Shown: positions 24,705 to 37,602 of the stretch, piece after piece
Position numbering within the stretch: the first letter of the stretch is position 1
How the letters are laid out: the number at the start of each line of letters is the position of its first letter
Assembly: GCA_964188305.1 (NCBI GenBank)
Contig: OZ076886.1
Strand: one strand, 5' to 3'
Length of the DNA stretch: 64,000 nucleotides
Origin: Podarcis bocagei
Lineage: Eukaryota
Program-made: the position numbers and the translations under genes
The notes under the pieces: generated by a model
Told to the model about the DNA's origin: nothing
What the model saw: the letters and a program-made list of their open reading frames with translations, nothing else
The model's database searches: none

Positions 24705-27700
24705 CTTCATAATGCATATTTGGGAGGTGAGGTGAACTGGAGCAGCTGTCCCATATGGGCCATTGAATATTCTTTATTTGGAAGATGAAAGCACTTGGAA
24801 CTTAACACAGCTGTGTACAGTGTGTAGGTGACAATGAATGTGCTGAGTGGGCTTCGACTTTGATTGCATCAGTCCCTCAGGTGTCCCAATAGCAGAATCA
24901 CTATCGCTTTTGTGTCTGCAAAAGAAAGCGTGGGTGGGGGAGGCAAATAATCGACTGACTTTTGTCTTATTAAATTTAAAACAGCTGCCTACTAGCCCTG
25001 CCCATCTGCCTCCACATTTACTACATGGAGCAACGGGGCCCTCTGCCTTTGTACGTCCTATGCTCACAGATCAATGATGACATACCTCTGTCTTTTGTAC
25101 AAACTGAGTAAGAGGCTTCTTGGATCATCATTTTGAAGAGGAAGAGAAGTCTCAAGCCTCTGCTAAGGTCAATCAATGCCAGCCCACATCTCTAGGCCTC
25201 TATTTCTACAGCCAGGATAATGTGCTCCAGGCAAAAATTTGTCTTTTTCTCTAAAACTGCTCAGTTACACATTTTGCCAGCAGGCTGTTCAAAACATGAT
25301 CCAGTTAATTAAAATAATAATAAAAAAACATTTGAAGGAAATAGGAGCAAAGTTCAGTGTCACTTATTCTGAACAAAGTGAGGTCCTCTCTTTACTGCTC
25401 TCCTTCCGGGCAGACAAGGGCTATACAAATGAGGAAAGGCTCTACACAATTGTCCTTTTCCTCTCTCTTCACTGTTTTGTTGCTAAACCCATCCATCTGC
25501 CAAATGTCACTTGCTGATAAGAACTGCCCAGTTTAAAATCCCCCCCCCCCCCGTTGTAAATAGATGTTGGCTGACATAATTAATGTCTAGCCCACAACCC
25601 AATTTGAATTACAAAGTCAAGGCAATTTGAAAATCAGCCTCTGCGTGATTACCGTTGGTACATACACAGGCAGTCTATAAATTCCATAGCCCCAGGAATT
25701 ATTTAAATTTTCAGAAAATGAATGAAAATCAGGACAAGATGTCTTTCAGGAAAACAGAAGGTAAAAGTGGGGCATCTGAGATAAACTAAATAGTCTCTTG
25801 AGATAAACATTCTTGGGAGCAGTAATACCAATGGCTCCAGGCCACTGTGGGTCTCTAACGTCTGTTACATTTGCGAGGCTGTTATCTGCTCTGCCACCAC
25901 CGCCTACCCAGAGTAAATCCCCTTAACTGATAAAGCACATTATGGCAGAGATCCCCGCTTGTCACTTCAAGCAAACTGGGTGGCGCAGAATTGGATGTGC
26001 TTTCATGGCACCGGGTTGCTATGTTCTGCAGTCTCCTGAGTACACTTCAGATGCTGGGAGCTAGCCACCACTCCTGAAAGGATACCAGACCCTATTGCTT
26101 TCATAAGGAAATGTGGTAATGCCAAGACTGAGTCCCAGGCTGTACAACACACAGTATGAAATTCCCCATTACAATATTTAAACTTCTTCTTTTTTTAAAA
26201 AAGGGCATATTATTAATATTCCTCTTTTTGGCCGTGTTACTAAACACAAGCCATGATCTCCTGCCAGCAAGAGAGAAGCTTGATCTGAGTCTTACTGCTT
26301 CTGTAAAAATAAGACTGCTTTGTTCTTTTGGCATTTTCCACCAGCCTCCCATTTCCTGTCATGATAATGTTCTTCCTTCTTGAAACCGGGGGGGGGGGGG
26401 GGAGATACTGGAGATGGGGTTCCCTTTTGGGGAGTGAAATTCTCTGAGAGATGCTGGTCCCAGCCAATGAACCTGATTAAATTTAACACTTGTGCAATTT
26501 CTGCTACCACAGTTGACAATAAAATCGACTCTGAGCATTGTCAGTTTAAACCTGGCCAATTTTAGCCAACCAATGCTCACAGAGAAAGGTTCACATTTTG
26601 ATCCTGAACTGTTCCCTAGGAAAAAGTTATATGATGTGGCAAGCGCTCAAGACTGGAACTGATCAAGTAAACATACAGTCTGCTTGAGCAATGGCGGCAG
26701 CATTGGCTAGATGCCCTCTCCTCCCTACCTCCCTGGAGAAGCAGGAGACAGTTTTGATAGTAAAATGAAGGAAGGATGAAGAAGTGATTCACCTTGCATG
26801 ACTGGCTTTAGCGTAACAACCAGAAAAGAATTGGACTGCTTTCTTGAGAAGAAGCTTCCCAATAAAAAGTAAAACATGGCAAGCACTATGGGCAGCCTTA
26901 AAATTTCTTTCTCCCCAGCTTTATGTTCCTTATCGCTGCTCAGTAGGGTAGGCTCTTTCCCCTTCTTTTTAACAAGGTGCAAATGTATTCCCACGCTTCT
27001 ACCTAAAGCCAGGTTGCTTCAGTTAGTTAATTAGGAAACATTAATGGGTTCCAGAGATGTGGCTTACATGATGTGGAAGCAGATGGCATACTCAGCTTGT
27101 CCATACCAAAAGGCATTCCTAACATCTATATGAAACTATCAACCAACTGCAGGCATGAGCCTTTAATCAAAGAAATAGTTTCTGTACATGGATACCTCCC
27201 CCCCCGCCCTCCTGCAAATAAGCCTATGGTTGAGCGTTTTGAGTGGGAAGGGGCAGAGAAGATCCAATGCTTAGCTATTATGAGAGAACATGGGCTAAAA
27301 AGCTTCTTCTGAGATTGGCCACTATTACCTATTCCAGTGCTCCCCCCCCCCGGGGGTACTCAAGGGTATGCAGTACAGGGACCTCTCCCTCCTCCCAAAT
27401 ATTAAAAGTGTGGCACTTACTGTAATAACTTCATGAGCACTGCCATAACTACTCAGAGTTATGTATATAAATAACATGTATAATTGGCCTAGATTCAACT
27501 AACAAGTCCTGCTTGCGGAAGCCAACATTTGGTGCTAGTTTCTGACACTTGGAGAGAGACAGATAGGGTTGGGCATTTTCCATATCAAGAAAGAAAATAA
27601 AATTCAGATTCTGTATTAGGGAATAATCCAAACTCCATGGTCAGAGTTATCTGTGTATATTGCCAACACGGCATGTATTTGCTTAGCAAGGTATCTGTAC

Positions 27701-28957
27701 CTTTTAACAGTGAGATTTTCAAGGAATTTGGGTTTGGTTTTAGTGAGATGGAGAACAGAGGGGAAGGCAGAGAGGCAGCAGAAGCCACAGGACTTGTAAT
27801 TGCAGCCAGAAACACAGTGCAGATAAGTGAACATGACAACTGTACAGCAGAAGCCCTGCTTTGGTTGTTGAGCATTCACTAGTCATGTCACAGAGGACAC
27901 ACAGCTTCTAATATGAGTTAATCATCTGAATTAAACTTCTTTGTCTCCTTCACTGCAGAAAGGCTATAGTTACGACCTTCTTGCATTTTCATCTTGATTT
28001 TTTCTACCATGTTCCCCTGGTTCATAACTGAGTCTGTTCACATTGTCTCTCCTTTCTATTACTCTGATCACTTGTGCCGAGAACAACAAATGCTTTGCAA
28101 TGCTAAGAATACAACATGCCCCCCAAAAGGCTGGTCACCTCAGAAAGCTTCATTAGGACTGATCCTGCATTTTCAGGTCTCTGTAGCCTTTGCTTCAAAA
28201 GCAGCAGCATCAATGAAGGGAGCAGGCCCACTGAGCTAACACAACATTTCTCTGATCTTGTTGCAGAAATCTGAGATCCTATCGTGACACACACTGCAAA
28301 AAGAATCACAAGAGCACTGCAAAACCGAAGGTTATGTTTGATCTTCAAACTAGGAGGAGTCACATAATCCTGGTTGACTTTTGGCTAACTCGGTGATGAA
28401 TAGTTCCTGTAGAAACACAGAGCATATGAGCACAGAAGAGGGAGAGAAGGATAAAGGCTTGCACTTACATATGCCTGAGGGCCAAACTGCACACAACACT
28501 AAATGCATCACTTGGAAGCATGGCAAGTTTTTTTAATTAAAAAAAAATAGTAATAGGTGCAGGGGAGAGACCTGCAGCTTTAATCCTTCCATCCCAAGTT
28601 GTGATCTCAACAAAGTTTGTCCATTTGCAGTGTTATTAGTATGAGGGAGAGTACAAGCTCACTTTTGGACCAATGGAAAGCTTGAAAGCAGGACAATTGT
28701 TCCCTAGCAACTGCTATTCGGGGGCCACTAAGACGGACTTAGCAGCTCTCTTTAATCATTATCCTTTCACATGATTACAACTAAGAGAGGGGAGAGCAGG
28801 GCTGCACTCTGTGGCCCTGCCCTGTGTCCTAAAGATCTGAGGGCTCCTTGGGTGGCTTAGAATCCTGTGGCTACATGCACAGAACCAGGCTCCCCATATT
28901 TCAGACCTTTAAGCCCTAGTCTTCAGCAGCTGAATAGGGATGGTTGTTAGGAGAATT

Positions 28958-29065
28958 AGGGATGTTTTCCCCCAATGTAAGTCACTTCATGCTGACTTAC
29001 ACTAAACTGCGCTTGTCATTTTATTGCCAGTTCACCCAGTTAAGAAAGATCATTTTGGAACTCCT
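28958..29065 (-). mobile_element. CR1 LINE fragment
   Basis: Reverse complement resembles ELQxDLxxLGE...KWQMxFxVSKxxVxxIG. Confidence 0.55.
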
Positions 29066-29901
29066 GGAACTCTTTTTTGCTTTTACCACTTGGCCACCTC
29101 ACTGCTTAGCTCTAATGCAAGTTTAATTATGAGCTAGTTAAAAAGTACTGGTTCTAATAGAGCACACTTTTCTCATCCCTCCACTGTGAGAACAGTCAAT
29201 TTATTCCTACTCTCTGCCATTGTTTTGATCCTAAGTGCTAGTAGCCTGGCTCCTTTTTGGTTCAAGCGGAACCTGTCCCTTTTGTATACGCTTGGCTTAT
29301 TACAAAACCTTCTCCAGTGCCTAAGAAGTCAAAAGCTGTCCTTTGACACTGCAATCTTAGGCATGCATTGAAATGCCTCAGCTTTGCCTGTCTACCTGGC
29401 ACTGCAAATAGGGCAGGTAGAATTCTGGAGGAAGCAATTCTGAATTTCAGCTTCTTGCTTACCCACCTAAAGTTTGCTTCCAATACTGCACAACTACATT
29501 TCCCCATTTCACTGGTGCTGACGTGCATCATGACTGTCATCTTCACTCTGACGGTATCTACCAGTCTAACTAGATGAAACGTGACTTCTACAACCTTTGC
29601 ACCAGGTAGGCAAGTCATTATGCAGTCTACACACCCCTGTTGGCCTATGACTGAACTGAATGGGTCCTGAACCTAAGACAGTCTTGGTTTTTTTTACTGC
29701 AAAATGCCAAGTCAGTGGAAGAGAGAGTCATGCAGTACACAGTGAAATATGCAGATCCTAGATAATGCGAATGATACTAATGGGCATTGGTTAAAAGGAC
29801 ATCTCTCTATTGGGAATGAAGTCATTCAATTGGCCCTAAGAGGAAGACACTCAATTCTCTTCCTCTTCATGGTCCCATTTCCCCCCCAGAGTAATTCTCA
29901 C

Positions 29902-30134
29902 CTGCATCCAGACTGCCGGTTGCTGCTGTCCAACCCATAATTGGGGGAATAGCACCAACCACAGCTCCTACCCATGTATTGACAATGCTAATTCTTTTCA
30001 GCGGTGTGTAACAGCATGTGTACAGGATGATGTTGAAGGCTCCCAGGGCTGCAGTAAGAGGATTTACTCCGAAGGTGAGCAGAGCTATTCCTGGAACAGC
30101 ACAGGAGGCAGCGAAAGACACAGCAAGCAAAGGG
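29902..30134 (-). CDS. COX10: COX10 penultimate coding exon (human exon 6 equivalent, 233 bp)
   Basis: (S)[77 protein letters not shown](G). Acceptor ttttacAG at 30135-30136, donor GTGAG at 29901. Confidence 0.98.
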
Positions 30135-31533
30135 CTGTAAAAAAGAAAGAAAGAAAGAAACAAGAAAATGTAAAAATATGTTAGTGAAAGGATCTGAGGG
30201 CAGATTTTTATTACTGTTACCTTTTTATCCAATGCTTTCCTGATAATTCTTTTTTATTAAGAAATCTTAAATCGGGCAACAGTGATAACCACAGAATAAA
30301 TGTACATTTAGCAAACACCTACTAGAGCATAACTTCTTCTTCACTGGTGTACAGAGAACAATCAGCAAATTTGACCAGCAGGCAAAACAGGTCAGGTGCA
30401 GTCCAATTCAGACTGGTCTTGACTTAGTTTTTGTCTTCTCGCTCCTGCCAGGGGATGTTGAGGGAATTTGAGGAAGCTATATAGGCAGCGGAGCTTCCCT
30501 TCCTGGGAATTTAGGCAGGTGTGTATGCAAGTTGCCATTAGGCATGTTAAAGCTAAACATTCACCTAGAGACAGACACACAACAACTATTACATTGTTTA
30601 TAGCATAGTGAAAGAAACATGCCTACATATTACCCAAGCTTTAATTACACAATGTAATACTTTCAACAGAAATTTGTGTTCAAAATTTATTGCCCTGATT
30701 TAGCAGAATTTATCGGAATCCTAGAAGCTTAAACTATGGGTTTCACTAAAGTTCCAGATCTGGCTACGTCAACTCTTGACAGTGGGGAAGAAACTATTTT
30801 TAATAAAGCATCTAAATGTTTGGTGTAGATTTTTATAGCCCCACACAGACCAGTCACCTCATAGTGTTTTATACACAATTGCAAAATAAGCCTAAGCATG
30901 GATGTGCACGGATCGTGTTAGAATGCGGAGAAGGAATAAATGTCTGCCTTCAATTTAACTTTTAATTAAATGGACCAGGCCAACAATTTGATAAGCTGGA
31001 ACATGATTTTACCAGCTTTACAAACCCAATTGTGGATTTTGCCGATTTAATTTAGTGGAATGCAATGTTTATCAGATTTTTCTCACAAGCTTCTGAGCCA
31101 AGAAAAAATGTTCTTTTGAATACATGCAGCTTTCAGTGAACCCATTCAAGCACTGATCTTGTAACACTTGGACCTATATTTACACAACAACATTAGTTAA
31201 GAAGTGACAGAGTTTTGTCATGTGAATCTAGCACCCTGGAAATGGAGGCAAGCTCATCACTTGATCACTTGGCTCAAGTATCTGTGTAAAGATAGCTGAA
31301 TGTACTGATGATGAAGTTCAGAGGGAAGGGAAGAGAAAAAGACAGGAATTTTGTTACCACTTCAGATGAGCTATAAAGGATGCTGTACTCTGAACATTGT
31401 TGAAACAGAAAATAGCAAAAACAGGACACTGAAACATTTTTTAAAAGCATGTTCCTCAATTGTTCAGTGACACTTCTGAAACTTTTTTTTTTTTTGAAGC
31501 AGACAGTAAGTTCCCCCCTTTTCAATTTTCATG

Positions 31534-31648
31534 GATTAATGTGATCTAGAGTTAGGAGTGAGTAGCCATGTTTGGTGATACCAAATTGTTCACGGTGCTT
31601 AAAACAAAAAGGGATTGTGATGAGCTCCAAAAGAATCTCTCCAAACTA
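31534..31648 (+). mobile_element. CR1 LINE reverse-transcriptase fragment
   Basis: Reads roughly DLELGVS...F(G)DTKLFTVLKTKRDCDELQKNLSKL, the CR1 FADDTKL...LQxDL motif. Confidence 0.7.
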
Positions 31649-34600
31649 AGCGAACACGAAAACATTAAAATCCAAATGGAAAATCTTGTGAATGCAGAAC
31701 TTGCTTTTAAAAATATGAATTATATTTTTTATATCTATTTACGCTCTGGACATGCCTTTCTTAGGTTTGCACCATTTCATGAGACATAAAAATAAGTCAA
31801 GTGTCAACTCTTTGAGGAGCTGGTAGAACACTCTGTGAAAGCCAATAATATAGGGCTTGAGAGATTTTTATGGAAAAACACAACTACTTGCCTGTAATAG
31901 GGCTGGCTGTTATTTACCAATTTTCCATATTACTAAATTGACCCCAGAAGCCGTGATGTGCAAATATCCTTTGCTATTGCAATAGGTGAGGTACAGCTAA
32001 AGGCCTAATATTAAAAGCCATGTTCATGCTAGGGAGATGTAAAACTTGAAGCACTTTCTACATGGACTAGATGTTTGCATCTGGAATTTGGAAAGGCTTC
32101 TTTCATCCAGGAAACAATATTCTGCAGTATTGACTCTGCAATATTTAATTCCAGAAGGGGAGACCTTTTTTCACAATGTGCAATAGAAAAACAGGGGCAC
32201 GTTTCCCCCACCCGCCCTTGGAAATTCAATGCAGTCACACTCTGAAGAGTACCTGTTTGACAGTGACAGATCCCACGGGAGACAATATGTTCCATTTCCC
32301 TTAGTGTAACATCTGCTCTGTTGACAAGTCATAAGCAGATTTTTTTTCCTGTTTGCAGACATAGCCTGGGACCTGATGATCCAGCTGGTGTGTTTTATCC
32401 ATTTCTAAAATCACTAGGGGTGTGTGTGTGGGTGGGTGGGTGGGTGTAATCGGGAGTTAGGAGAGAACTTTGATGAGGTATGAACAGGATATACGTGGTG
32501 TGCTTGATGTACCACCCTGTAAGGCAAAAGGCTGTCAAAGCCAGCTCATATTCACAAAACAAGTAAATTCCATGAAAATTTGCACAGCTGCCTTGACTTT
32601 GGCAGTGCTCTGAACCACCACCTCAAGAGTGCCCAAGGGCACACAACCAGCTTCTGCTGAAGACAGAGAATATTGTTACTTTACAGAACAGGTTATTTCA
32701 CTTGCTTTTCACAGTTACCAAGCCAGGGCCCTTCATAAGCTACATACAGATGAGCCAAAGTGCAGCATATGCCACCCTACATTTTTTTAACTTCACTTCA
32801 AGAAAGGAAGCACAGAGAAACAGCTGCACATTTTAGAACATAGAACATACCCAAAGCCATAGCAGTAATCAGTGTGTCTACCTTGAGAGCTGCTTTCTGC
32901 ATAGTGGACACTATTGGTTAAAAGGACATCTCTATTCCAGAAATCAAATTATGAACATATGCCCCTGGTCTATTTGGGCTGGCAGTGGATCTTTGAGGTC
33001 TCGGGTAAAGGTCTTTCCCAGCCCTGCTCATTCAGCTCCTATTCAACACAATATACCAAGAACTGAATGTGGAAAATGATGCATGGGAGGCATAATAAGA
33101 ACCTGCTGAAGGATAGGGTACAAAAATAAAATGGTAATAAAATGGAATTTGCTCCTCCACTGAGCTATGGGAACCATTTTCTTAGGCCTCTGCTTCTGCA
33201 CAGCCAGTTTAGTTTTAAAAGATGCTGTCTGTCATTATTACTATTATTTAAATCACCATCACATTATGGCAGGAAGGAGAAGCAACCTGTGTCAAGGAAG
33301 CCCATGACCTTTGCATAGCTAAGAGCCACTGTCTGTGTATTATTTGGTGCACCATGTAATCTTAAGGAATATGCAACATGCCTCCCCCTTGGCTCTGCAA
33401 GGATTACATCTCACAGGCAGTGGGAGTGACTAAAAGCTTACTGGGGAAAGATACGCCTGAATGGAGTGAATAATCAGAGAGCTTTTTCCGTCCAAAGCTC
33501 ACTGACATTTGTCTCTAATAGCGTTTGGCTGGGGCAGAGCCCCTCTAACCTCATGCCATCAACAGGGACTGCAGGACAGTGAAATAAAAAGGCTGCTTTC
33601 CTGCTCATTTAGATCAAGCTGCCACTGACACAGCAGGGCTTCCCAAAAATTGTCTGTCAGTCTGGGAAAGAACCATTCAACGATAGCTTTGGTGGGAAGG
33701 CAATCCCCTGTGAGTAAGAATCAAGTATCCATGCCCTGCACAATTGCTATGCATTCATATGGAACCCTACTCATCCTGGGCAGTGGACAGCAGTCGGTAT
33801 TACAAAACCAAACCAAAACCACAGAGGCTTTTTTTTGGCACCTAATTCATGTGAGACTATAAATCCTATGAATCAAGGGCTTTTGTTACAATGAACTGGT
33901 TAAACTGTGTTTATATTTTATTGTTTTGAGACAGCTAAATATTGTCTTCCAGTGCTGAATAGCAACATGATCATGGACTTATTTCTGAATTTATCCAGGT
34001 CCATCACAATGTATTGCTCAGCAGCTCTCACTGTGCCATGAAAGAAAGAAAAAATCGATCTATAGGAACTGGCAGACAACACAGTTGGTGAAAACAGGCT
34101 TCCGCTGTTCTTTACAAACATAATTAAGAAATGAATTGGAGGTTGAGGGAGCTACAGATTGGACATCCATAAATTAAGCCTAAAAACAGGCATTGATTAA
34201 CTTCTCAGCCCTTATTACACTTTCTCTGCTGCATAAATGGAGATGTAAGCATGCATGCACGCACACGGTTGTTGAACTCTTAAGTGCATTCAAGGAAATG
34301 CTTGTGCAATTCAACCTTCCAATATTATGGAATTTTGATTATTATTTTATTATAATAAATAATGGAATCTCACTAATGGGTACATGTATACCTCCATCTG
34401 AACAGGAGTGACAACACCAGCAGCATAAGGGGCTCATTTGTGAGAGACAAAATGCCAGAGCTCTGTGCTTGAGCACTGCTATTTCATTTGGCAGCACAGC
34501 CCTGAGCCTCCAAATGGAAGAAATGGTATGTTGAATCAAGCACTGTACATAGCAACTTGGTTGCACACCACTGTTCCAAAATGGACTCTTAATTGTCAAC

Positions 34601-35274
34601 ATGCTCAAGGCAGCTTATCCAAAACTGAAGTAAACTCAAAGTGAAGGATAACACTTTCAGAAAATCAGGCACTCTGCCCCACCTTGGGAGAACTGATAGC
34701 AACAACATCACAAATGTCTCCTCAGAAGAATGCTGCAATGAGTTTGATAGGACTTACACCCAGGTAAGTGCGGAAAGGATTGCAAGATAAAATGTTCAGG
34801 AAGCCTTAATTGCGTAGGCTTCAGGTAACTACACAGATCACCCAAACTCTAATATGTGGCAGCAGACGGTGCATTAAGGATGAATTTCCCCCATCTTGCT
34901 AACAAATGACGGTATAAATATTTTATTTTATCTAACATGGTCTTAGCTCATTTTTCCAGTTCCCACGGCAGCTTCTATAAAAGAATTAAAAAAACTAAAA
35001 ACTAAAAAGAGAGAGCATAAGGGTAAAACAACAGTAAAAAACAAAACAAAAACCTGTTCTTTATCTAGACTCCTACCTAACAGGCAAGACAACAACCCTG
35101 AGACTGTATTCATATTCTATAGTGCTCCATGGCATACTCTTTAACACATGCATTGAGACAGCTATCCGCAATGAGACAAAATAGGCATCAACCAGGCAAA
35201 TGCCCCTAACCAGCTGGCAATGCTAGTCTACACATTTGCATTTAATCAGCCTTCCTTCCTTCTTTCCTTCCTTC

Positions 35275-35516
35275 CAGTGGTACCTCGTGTTGCGAACCGT
35301 CCCCCTTACGAATTCTTTGGGTTACGTGCTCCGCTAACCCGGAAGTAGATGCCCCTTGTTGTGAACTTTGCCCTGGGATGCGAGCGGAAATTGTGCTCCG
35401 GCAGCGCGGCAGCAGCAGGAGGCACCATTAGGGAAAGAGTGCCTCATGTTACGAGCAGTTTCCGGTTACGAACGGACCTCCGGAATGGATTAAGTTCGCA
35501 CCCGGAGGTACCACTG
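35275..35516 (-). mobile_element. Tc1/mariner MITE, sister subfamily of family A
   Basis: CAGTGGTACCTC / GAGGTACCACTG TIRs, TA on the right, left flank is a (CCTT)n tract. Shares ggaggtccgttc with family A in reverse orientation. Confidence 0.85.
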
Positions 35517-37506
35517 TACTTTTCGGTTGCAGGTACACCAGCAATGAAACACTTTTCTCCCCCAAAGCTATAGTTTCATTTTTGCTGCTGACAATGGGAA
35601 CAATGTTAAATTCACTTTGCTTTCATTATGTTCTGCGCCAACAGGTAAGTGGGAGCATGACAGTAAAGGTGAGATGGATGCTCCCCAAGACAGGAATTTC
35701 ATCTGCGTACAACACTGTCAAAACAGTTTATTGTAATAAAAAGAGTCATTGTGAGCACGTTTTTTAAAATGTCAACACTGCACTGATTAGGAAAGGCAGA
35801 ATCACCAAACAAGTTGTTGTGGAGACAGAACATGAATGAAAGATAGAAGCCTTAATGATGCTGGAAAGGTTTTCAATTTGATGATTCATTTGAACAATGT
35901 ATTCACATATTGGTTTCTGGGGCAGAAGTGTTAGGCATATAACCTTCAATTAGTTATAAATGCAAACAGACTTCACAAGCCTATTTTCCCCCTTGTCAAC
36001 ATTGTCTCATATAATGCTGTTCAGACTTGAAAGGCTGGGTCCCTCCTACAGTTTCAGCTACATTCACGTAAGCAAAGCTAAACCACATTAAGTACATCTG
36101 TAGGGGATGTTTGGGCATAATTACCACACCACTGTACTGTTCACACTTGCAGAGCGGTGTTGTGGACAAGTTTTGAAAGCTCCAAGATCTTTAGAAACAA
36201 CTTTTCCCAAGGTACCATTGTGTCCTCTGCTGAAAGCAAAGACCTGCATCTTTGCTGTGCTCTCAATGCATTAAGTATGCAGTTGCTCTAGAGCTCTAGA
36301 CACCTTCTCCACAGCAGGTCCATGGATGGTGAAACTTCAGTAATTTCTACCGATAACTGATGCCTTTACTTTTAGAAGTCATATAGGTATCGTATTATTT
36401 CAGATGTATGTATGTTTCTGTACTTAAACCTAAAGGCATTTGTGAGAGAAAAGCATGTCCATTTCCATGGGGGTTCCCCCCCTTATTTCCACTTCTTACC
36501 ACACTCAGCATCACTCTGGAGGGTCTTCTAATTCTCAATAACATTTTTTAAGTCCCCCCCCCCGGGTCTACACTGGGAAGGGGGAGATGAGAAAGCCCTG
36601 ATCTATGAGCAGATGTCCACCCACATATCCAACTCCAGAATTTTATTATCTAAACTTTTTTTATAAGGCACCAGTCCTCATGACCAAGGAAGGCTATTTA
36701 AAGACCTAAAGCAAATATACAATGACCCCTAATTTTCAAAATTTATGACTTTTATGATTTTGCACAATTACAGTTAGTAACATCAGGGTCTTTGCCACCC
36801 AAGCCATATAGAACACTCGCCTACAGTACAAGGAAACACTTCCTGAAGTAACCGAATTGTTCAAATTTCAGAGGGAGATAGGCATCCACAATGAGGTGGA
36901 ATGGACTGAGAGGGAGAACCTTACCAGTCTCAACCTTTGGTAGAAATCAATATAGGAGTACTTTTGGCTATGCTAGGGTAATCTTTCCCATATCAAAATG
37001 CAACCAGGGCAGTACCCTGTCACTCATTAATTTACAACACAAATGGCTCTTGTGCTTTGCCTGGTACTGATTATCCCACCAAGTGCATACAACTACCTTT
37101 TAAAAGAACACACACCTGGCATCTATGGCCATTTTGCTAACAAATAAAAATCCCTTCCAGTAGGCACCTATATCCTTTGTTTTATAAAAATTAAAACTGC
37201 CTCTTGGACCCCTGGAGATAAGTTCTGCTGGCAGGCACTCAGTCTGACTCTTGAAACTCTTTGTGCCAGTACCACCTGCGGATGCACTACTGTGGTGTAT
37301 CACAAGTCTGCCATCACAAGTTCAAGCATGCATGAATCTAACACACCTGAACCTACTGTCTTGAGAAATATTGTATCACCCATGTGGTTGGAAGGTCATC
37401 TCTGGTGCTGCTGAGTGGGGAAAATGTTTCCCTGAACTGCAGAGTTTCATGGTTAGAGTTACATTTTAAGGTCTAGTGTGTTTCTCCTGCTTTTCCTTCA
37501 TGGTTT

Positions 37507-37602
37507 TCAGATAGGAAATGTTTATATTTGAAATAGATCAGATAGGAAATGTTTATATTTGAAATATTGAAACACTTGCAGATATTGAAACACTTGCAGA
37601 TA
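37507..37602. repeat. Two adjacent short tandem duplications (29 bp and 18 bp units)
   Basis: tcagataggaaatgtttatatttgaaata x2, then tattgaaacacttgcaga x2. Confidence 0.85.

Noticed and set aside
30135-30232. N-terminal part of the 121-aa ORF as COX10 coding sequence
   Set aside because: It is intron read-through of the polypyrimidine tract; homology starts at the AG acceptor.
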